Below are positions 58,519-64,000 of a DNA stretch of 64,000 bases, piece after piece. The stretch comes from Candidatus Bathyarchaeia archaeon (lineage in GTDB: Archaea; Thermoproteota; Bathyarchaeia; Bathyarchaeales; Bathycorpusculaceae). The notes beneath the pieces are model-generated. The model was not told the origin of the DNA, searched no databases, and saw only the letters and a list, made by a program, of their open reading frames with translations. The position numbers and the translations under genes were made by a program. The stretch spans positions 16,442 through 80,441 of the forward strand of contig JAVZNC010000006.1 of the NCBI GenBank assembly GCA_038882955.1, written 5' to 3'. The first letter of the stretch is position 1; every line of letters begins with the position of its first letter.

Positions 58519-60783
58519 GTGTTAACTATGGCTGAAGCTAACGGAGGATTTTATGTTTGCGGCCAACTAGCAAGAAAATTTTTAGCTGTGACACTAACGC
58601 TAACTCTTGCATCTATGATAATGAGCATATTGTCTTTACCAAGCTCTTCCACATCGACGAACACTATTATTAAGGTAGAGCCTTTACTAACCGAATTCGG
58701 CAACTCTGTCGGTGACCCAATTCCGATACCAGGAACCCAATTTAATGTAACTGTAAAAATTTACAACGTAACCGATCTTTATGGTTTTGACCTAAAGTTC
58801 AGATGGAACACAACGTTTCTGCGTTATGTGAACCACTTTGTTTACGTTCCAAGGAACACTTATCCCGATGGCGTTCTCTGGAATCCAATATTCAGCCTAG
58901 CAGACGAAGTTAACACATCCGCCGGAACCTACTGGATTGCCTACGCTTCAATGGCTCCTGCACCGTCTTTCAACGGCACTGGCACAGTATTCACTATGAT
59001 ATTTGAAATTTTGAACCAGCCTTATGATTATGAAACAGGCGGACACGGCGTAGACCCTATTAACATTACTTTAGACTTTTTGTCAACAGACTTGGCAGCC
59101 TTGGGCGGTGAACCAATACCACACATGACTGAAGGCGCCATCATTATATTATGGGAAAAGCTTTCCCAGTTGCCTTCCTACCCAATCTTGAAAGTTATGC
59201 CCACAAAAGTTGGAAACCTACCCGTAGGTAACACTTTTTACATTGACGTTTGGATACTAGGCATAAATCAATCCTACGATATAGCAAACTTTAGCATCAC
59301 CTTAAACTTTAACTCAACACTCATAGAGGGCATCGAAATCGCTGAAGGTTCATGGCCAAAAAGTTACGCTGAAGACTCCATACCCATCCTGAAGCAAATT
59401 AATAACACTAGAGGAACAGCAATTTACGCTGTTGAACTTGTTCCTCCTAGAAAACCCGAACCGCCAACAACTGGCATATTATTTACAGTCACTTTCCATG
59501 TCATTTACGAGTCATCAACTTATCCACCACCATCTTGCGAACTCACGCTAAGTCCAACAGAAATATTTGACAGAAATTCCGGATTCATCCTGCACACAAC
59601 CGATAATGGCACATTCACAGCTTATATACCCCCACCCGTTGCTAAGTTCACATGGACTCCAAGCGGCAACATTCTGCCACGAGGTCAAATCATAACATTC
59701 AATGCTTCAGAAAGCTATCTTCCGCTAGGCATAAAGCGTTACATATGGGACTTCGGGGACGGAAACATAACAGCTGTTGAAACCGTGATCATAACCCACA
59801 TCTACCAAGCGACTGGTACAGTAATAGTGGTTCTGAATGTAACAGACGATGAAAATTTCTGGGCTGTCGCAAACGCAACGCTCTATATAATTGATGAACC
59901 ACAAACTCCTCCAACAGTATCCGTTGTTAACCCACTAACTGGAGACGGAAACTTCGAGTTCTTCACAAACATCACCTTCGCTGGCTCACGTTTCAACGTT
60001 ACCATACACGCCTACAATGTGGCAGACCTCCAAGCCTATCAAATCCACCTTGAATACAATTCGACATTTCTAAACTCTACTAGGGCATGGCTACCCACAT
60101 GGAACACAACATGGGTCTTCTACGGCAAAGCAACAACTGCCCCTCAACCGACATTTGGGCATGGCTACTTACGAATAGCCGACTTCATTAAAGGCAATTA
60201 TCCATCCTTCAGCGGAACAGGAATATTATATATAATCGAATTCGAAATCATCTACGCTCCTACAGCAGGAGAAATATCCTGCAGTTTAAACATCAACAAT
60301 ACGGATACGCTTCTATTGGACTCGAATTGGAATGAAATTTCATCAGTAATTAAAAAGAATGGCGATTATATTTACATATATAAGAAACTCAGTAGCGCAA
60401 TATCGATTACAATATCCCCTTCAATTATAAATTTTGGCGAAAGTGTAACAATAAGCGGTGTCATCGATCCTCCTCGCTCAACAAACATAACACTTCTCTA
60501 TAGGCTCCAAGGAGAAACCGAATGGACTCAGCTTGCAACAGTCCAAACCGACACTCTCGGACACTACTCTTACGTTTGGACACCAGACAAGGAAGGCATA
60601 TACGAACTCAAAGCCATATGGTTAGGCGACGAAAATACGAACCCAGCAGAAAGTGAACCTAAAACGGTCAAAGTTGTGGCTCAGCCAATAGAGACACTTC
60701 CATATATATTAGGTGGAATAACAGCAGTAGCAATTATAGTCGCATTAGGAATATACTTCGCGAAAATAAGAAAACGCAAATAA
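58519..60783 (+). CDS. Membrane-anchored protein with three cohesin-like domains, PKD and Ig-like domains (anchoring-scaffoldin-like)
   Basis: Cohesin-like units (DLYGFDLKFRWNTT; IANFSITLNFNST; DLQAYQIHLEYNST), PKD YIWDFGDG, C-terminal TM + KIRKRK; start uncertain. Confidence 0.82.
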   Translation: MLTMAEANGGFYVCGQLARKFLAVTLTLTLASMIMSILSLPSSSTSTNTIIKVEPLLTEFGNSVGDPIPIPGTQFNVTVKIYNVTDLYGFDLKFRWNTTFLRYVNHFVYVPRNTYPDGVLWNPIFSLADEVNTSAGTYWIAYASMAPAPSFNGTGTVFTMIFEILNQPYDYETGGHGVDPINITLDFLSTDLAALGGEPIPHMTEGAIIILWEKLSQLPSYPILKVMPTKVGNLPVGNTFYIDVWILGINQSYDIANFSITLNFNSTLIEGIEIAEGSWPKSYAEDSIPILKQINNTRGTAIYAVELVPPRKPEPPTTGILFTVTFHVIYESSTYPPPSCELTLSPTEIFDRNSGFILHTTDNGTFTAYIPPPVAKFTWTPSGNILPRGQIITFNASESYLPLGIKRYIWDFGDGNITAVETVIITHIYQATGTVIVVLNVTDDENFWAVANATLYIIDEPQTPPTVSVVNPLTGDGNFEFFTNITFAGSRFNVTIHAYNVADLQAYQIHLEYNSTFLNSTRAWLPTWNTTWVFYGKATTAPQPTFGHGYLRIADFIKGNYPSFSGTGILYIIEFEIIYAPTAGEISCSLNINNTDTLLLDSNWNEISSVIKKNGDYIYIYKKLSSAISITISPSIINFGESVTISGVIDPPRSTNITLLYRLQGETEWTQLATVQTDTLGHYSYVWTPDKEGIYELKAIWLGDENTNPAESEPKTVKVVAQPIETLPYILGGITAVAIIVALGIYFAKIRKRK

Positions 60784-60958
60784 ATGGGCTAGAGCACAAA
60801 ATATGCGCTAACATGTAAACAACTGGCAGAAGCTTTCCAAATATTCCCACCTAAAAGGTTTTTATGTAGATGAATATTACTCACTTGTTGTTCATTGAGT
60901 TTATATTTTTGCTCGAACATAATAAACAATAGAGTATCTCTACAAAAAGAGGGGCGAA

Positions 60959-61630
60959 ATGAACAAAAACCTGGTTGTACTTTCGGTTTTCATATTACTC
61001 TCAAGTTTAAACGTTGCAACACGCGCGGTAGCCAATGGTCCAACGGTTGTTAAAGTAGATCCCTCCCTAATTGAATATCACACAAATGCTACAGGCCAAC
61101 AGTTTACCATCGCAGTGAAAATAGTCGATGTAACGAACCTCTATGGCTTCGACATAAAATTCGGATGGAACACAACATACCTCGAATACGTAAACCATTC
61201 CATCCGCATCCCCAAAGACACCTACCCCGACGGCGTTCTCTGGAACCCAATTATTCCAATAATAGACCAAGTCAACATTACATCTGGAACTTACTGGATC
61301 GCCTATACGTCAAGGTGGCCTGCTCCCTCCTTCAACGGTTCAGGAACGGTGTTCACAATAACATTCAAAATAAAAAGCCATCCAGTCGTGTCGACCGCAC
61401 AAATAATATTGGAACTCTATTCAACAGACCTAAGCGATAATGGAGCTAACCCAATACCTCACATCATACAAAACGGAAAAGTAATATTGTACGCGTTAGC
61501 CCCACCTGTGGGTGGTGTTCAGATTCCGATTGACAAGATTGCTTTGCTTGCACCATACGTCGCATATGCATCCGTGGTTTTAATTGGAGTCGTTGCCATG
61601 ATCTTTAAGCGCAGAAAGATGGCACGTTGA
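60959..61630 (+). CDS. Membrane-anchored single cohesin-like protein with PVGG-TM tail
   Basis: Signal peptide, NLYGFDIKFGWNTT...YPDGVLWNPI, PPVGGVQIPIDKIALLAPY + TM + KRRK. Confidence 0.82.
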   Translation: MNKNLVVLSVFILLSSLNVATRAVANGPTVVKVDPSLIEYHTNATGQQFTIAVKIVDVTNLYGFDIKFGWNTTYLEYVNHSIRIPKDTYPDGVLWNPIIPIIDQVNITSGTYWIAYTSRWPAPSFNGSGTVFTITFKIKSHPVVSTAQIILELYSTDLSDNGANPIPHIIQNGKVILYALAPPVGGVQIPIDKIALLAPYVAYASVVLIGVVAMIFKRRKMAR

Positions 61631-61658
61631 TAATTCCACGTCCTCTCTTGAGAAAGAA

Positions 61659-62516
61659 GTGACTCGAATGGCGCATAATAGGAAACATCGAGGAACAAAA
61701 AGCATAATACGTGCAGAAAAAGAAAGAGAGAGACGCATCGTAACAGTCGTAATGGCGTTGGCATTAATCGTTATAATGGTTGCCTCCAGTTTCGGTGTTT
61801 ATCAATCTATAAAATCAACATCAAATCAAAATATTGAATCAAAAGTTCTCAAAGCAGCTATAGTGGATCAGTTGAGTCTTTCAATTCCAAACCAAACTTT
61901 CATAGAAACAGCCACAAAAATCCTAAAACAAGCAAACTACACAATAGACTATTATCCAGGCGAAAAAGTAACGGTGGAATTCTACAGAAATCTACCAACA
62001 CACGAATATAAAATAATAATCCTAAGAGTGCATTCCTCCGCTGCTGAACTGCAAGGTGAAGAATTCATTGAAACACCAGTCAGCTTTTTCACCTCAGAAC
62101 CCTACAGCCAAACGAAATACATCTATGAACAACTCACAGATCAATTGGTTATAGCCTCTTATACAATGCCTCAACCCCCATACTACTTTGCAATAGTCCC
62201 AAAATTTGTCACATCAACCATGAAAGGCATATTCCAAGACACAGTAACAATAATGATGGGCTGCGAAGGACTGAACAACACAAAAATGGCAGAAGTCTTC
62301 ATCCAAAAAGGAGCCAAAGCATACATAGGCTGGAAAGGCTCAGTATCCGCCTCTCACACAGACGCTGCAACCACAATCTTGCTCCAACACTTAATCACTC
62401 ATAAACAAACAATAAAACAGGCAGTGGAAAACACAAATAAAGAGGCGGGACCTGACCCAGCGTGCAATAGCGTGTTAGCCTACTACCCACCAACAACAGC
62501 AGACCAAACCATATAA
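61659..62516 (+). CDS. Hypothetical membrane-anchored extracellular protein
   Basis: Basic N-terminus, single TM, AAIVDQL, IILRVHS, MMGCEG, GAKAYIGW. Confidence 0.75.
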   Translation: MTRMAHNRKHRGTKSIIRAEKERERRIVTVVMALALIVIMVASSFGVYQSIKSTSNQNIESKVLKAAIVDQLSLSIPNQTFIETATKILKQANYTIDYYPGEKVTVEFYRNLPTHEYKIIILRVHSSAAELQGEEFIETPVSFFTSEPYSQTKYIYEQLTDQLVIASYTMPQPPYYFAIVPKFVTSTMKGIFQDTVTIMMGCEGLNNTKMAEVFIQKGAKAYIGWKGSVSASHTDAATTILLQHLITHKQTIKQAVENTNKEAGPDPACNSVLAYYPPTTADQTI

Positions 62517-62602
62517 ACCATCAAAAAAGCCCCACCGAAGTGTTTTTCACAAAAAGAAGCCTTTCTTGACGCTTGGTTTTATCAATGTTCTGTTAGTAAC
62601 GT

Positions 62603-63121
62603 TTAACGGAATACATTTTCAGTGTTGTTTGTTTGCTGAGTGGTTGTGGCGGTTTGTAGTCTTGTTTCTTCCAGTTTCTTTTCTATGGCCTTTTTCTTTT
62701 TGCCCGTTTCAAGCAAAGTTATGAACAGGTGTGCGCTTGTTTTGCGCCCTTCCCAGTTTTTGAGCAGTTGGGCTCCGACTTCCTCGACGTTAGATAGAGT
62801 GTCGAAGTCTAAGCCTAAGTCTTTAGCCATATTCCTTAACTCTTCGTATACTCCCATGTTTCTGAGAGTTTTGGTTAGGCGCATTGTCTCTTCTGAAAGC
62901 TTTATGTGCTGACGCTTAAGGGCTTCGTAATCCGCAGCCACTTGCAAGGGCTGTCCTTCAGAGCCTTCCAACTCAGCTAGGCGTTTTCGCAGAAGCTCGT
63001 TAACTTCTTCGCTTATAGACTTGCCTTGAACAGCTAAATCAGCCTTAAGACGCGTGTAAACTTCTCTTTCTATGCTGAAGGATTTGACAACCATGTCCGC
63101 ATACTTTCTTGGCCTAGGCAT
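62603..63121 (-). CDS. Ribbon-helix-helix-type DNA-binding protein with coiled-coil tail
   Basis: MPRPRKY..VVKSFSIEREVYTRLK.....GKSISEEVNELL RHH-like pattern. Confidence 0.65.
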   Translation of the reverse strand: MPRPRKYADMVVKSFSIEREVYTRLKADLAVQGKSISEEVNELLRKRLAELEGSEGQPLQVAADYEALKRQHIKLSEETMRLTKTLRNMGVYEELRNMAKDLGLDFDTLSNVEEVGAQLLKNWEGRKTSAHLFITLLETGKKKKAIEKKLEETRLQTATTTQQTNNTENVFR

Positions 63122-63376
63122 ATGACTTTCACATAGGAAAAATAATAACTAACTAAACTATTCTGATACCCTCCCCCTTCCGCTCCTCTATAATAATGGA
63201 AATATACTTATACTCTCTCTTTTTTCGCATTTTTAATTAATTAGCAAAATATTCTAACAGAAAACCCTCGGCTTAGGTTTTTGGTTTATGGAGAATTATG
63301 TTCTTTTAATAAATGTTAACAGAAACCCGCAAACCGTAAACTAATAACAAAAATTTTGAAAAAGCTTGAAAATGGC

Positions 63377-64000
63377 TTATACAGCGTCTTTTTTGCTTAT
63401 ACTTTTTAGTTTGAATTTTTGTATGGTTTCTTCAAACCATCCTACAAATTGCAGTTCTTCATTTTTATAGTTTAGAGTTTCTGCTTCATTTGGAACTTTA
63501 ATCTGGAGCTTTTCTAAAGCATGTTTAACAATTGTATCTGCCAGTCTTGTTGAGACTTTAATCTGAGCTATTAAGGAGAATGCTACAATTTTTCTTGCCA
63601 AGTTTCCTGTGTAGTCGGCTATTTCATGGTTGCCACGCATCCCAAACCTATCTAATAATATGGATATGCGTGTTAGTATGCGCCTAAGTTGTGGCGGGTC
63701 CTCCATTTGCGTTAAAAACTTGATGTGTTGGGCTCTAACGCCCAAATCTTCGCCTCTTGCTGGGGCTAAGGCTAAAATCCGCATTAAGCCTCTTCCCCCG
63801 CCATTTTGGACTGCTGGGTCGCCGATGCCCTTTAGGAAGCATAGGCTGCTTCCAGGCTGCCAGTGCCCCTCAAAATATGCGTCTGCCTGTCCATCTTCTG
63901 GAAAGGGGATATTTTCGTCAACGTTTTCTTCGCCCCAAACGCGCCCACATTTTCTACATACAACCTCGCCCTCAACAATCATTAGTGAGCCGCCGCATTC
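63377..64000 (-). CDS. TFIIB-type zinc-ribbon protein; start lies beyond the window end
   Basis: Frame is open to the window edge: ECGGSLMIVEGEVVCRKCGRVW; remainder is not a recognisable TFB core. Confidence 0.6.
   Translation of the reverse strand, partial: ECGGSLMIVEGEVVCRKCGRVWGEENVDENIPFPEDGQADAYFEGHWQPGSSLCFLKGIGDPAVQNGGGRGLMRILALAPARGEDLGVRAQHIKFLTQMEDPPQLRRILTRISILLDRFGMRGNHEIADYTGNLARKIVAFSLIAQIKVSTRLADTIVKHALEKLQIKVPNEAETLNYKNEELQFVGWFEETIQKFKLKSISKKDAV

Noticed and set aside
62528-62537. AGCCCCACC as a tRNA-derived att site
   Set aside because: Too short, no T-arm sequence adjacent, and no partner repeat or integrase in the window.

Overview
Archaeal chromosomal segment, most likely TACK/Bathyarchaeia (inferred from gene content and order). 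About 1-45 kb is dense housekeeping DNA: asnS, glyS, archaeal lipid genes, tRNA-splicing endonuclease, two ribosomal-protein clusters, ftsY, argF, proC, purA, acs, pyrB/pyrI, intron-containing tRNA-Ser(GGA) and tRNA-Pro(CGG). About 45.6-62.5 kb is an accessory island of secreted and surface proteins, and the last 1.5 kb looks like the edge of a mobile element. Highlights: (1) a winged-HTH + ATP-cone + class III ribonucleotide-reductase-fold protein lacking the glycyl-radical Gly and active-site Cys motifs, next to divergently transcribed pyrB/pyrI, a candidate nucleotide-sensing pseudoenzyme transcription factor; (2) a five-gene cohesin-dockerin locus arranged like a miniature cellulosome-type scaffold; (3) a 22-nt bulge-helix-bulge intron splitting the catalytic Asp codon of cbf5, which shares a 10-mer with the 22-nt tRNA-Ser intron nearby; (4) a possible VGG-type C-terminal sorting signal, identical DNA blocks between paralogues, a shared promoter module, a probable ATA start codon and several small or decayed genes missed by the ORF track. 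All calls come from reading the sequence by eye; no database searches were run.
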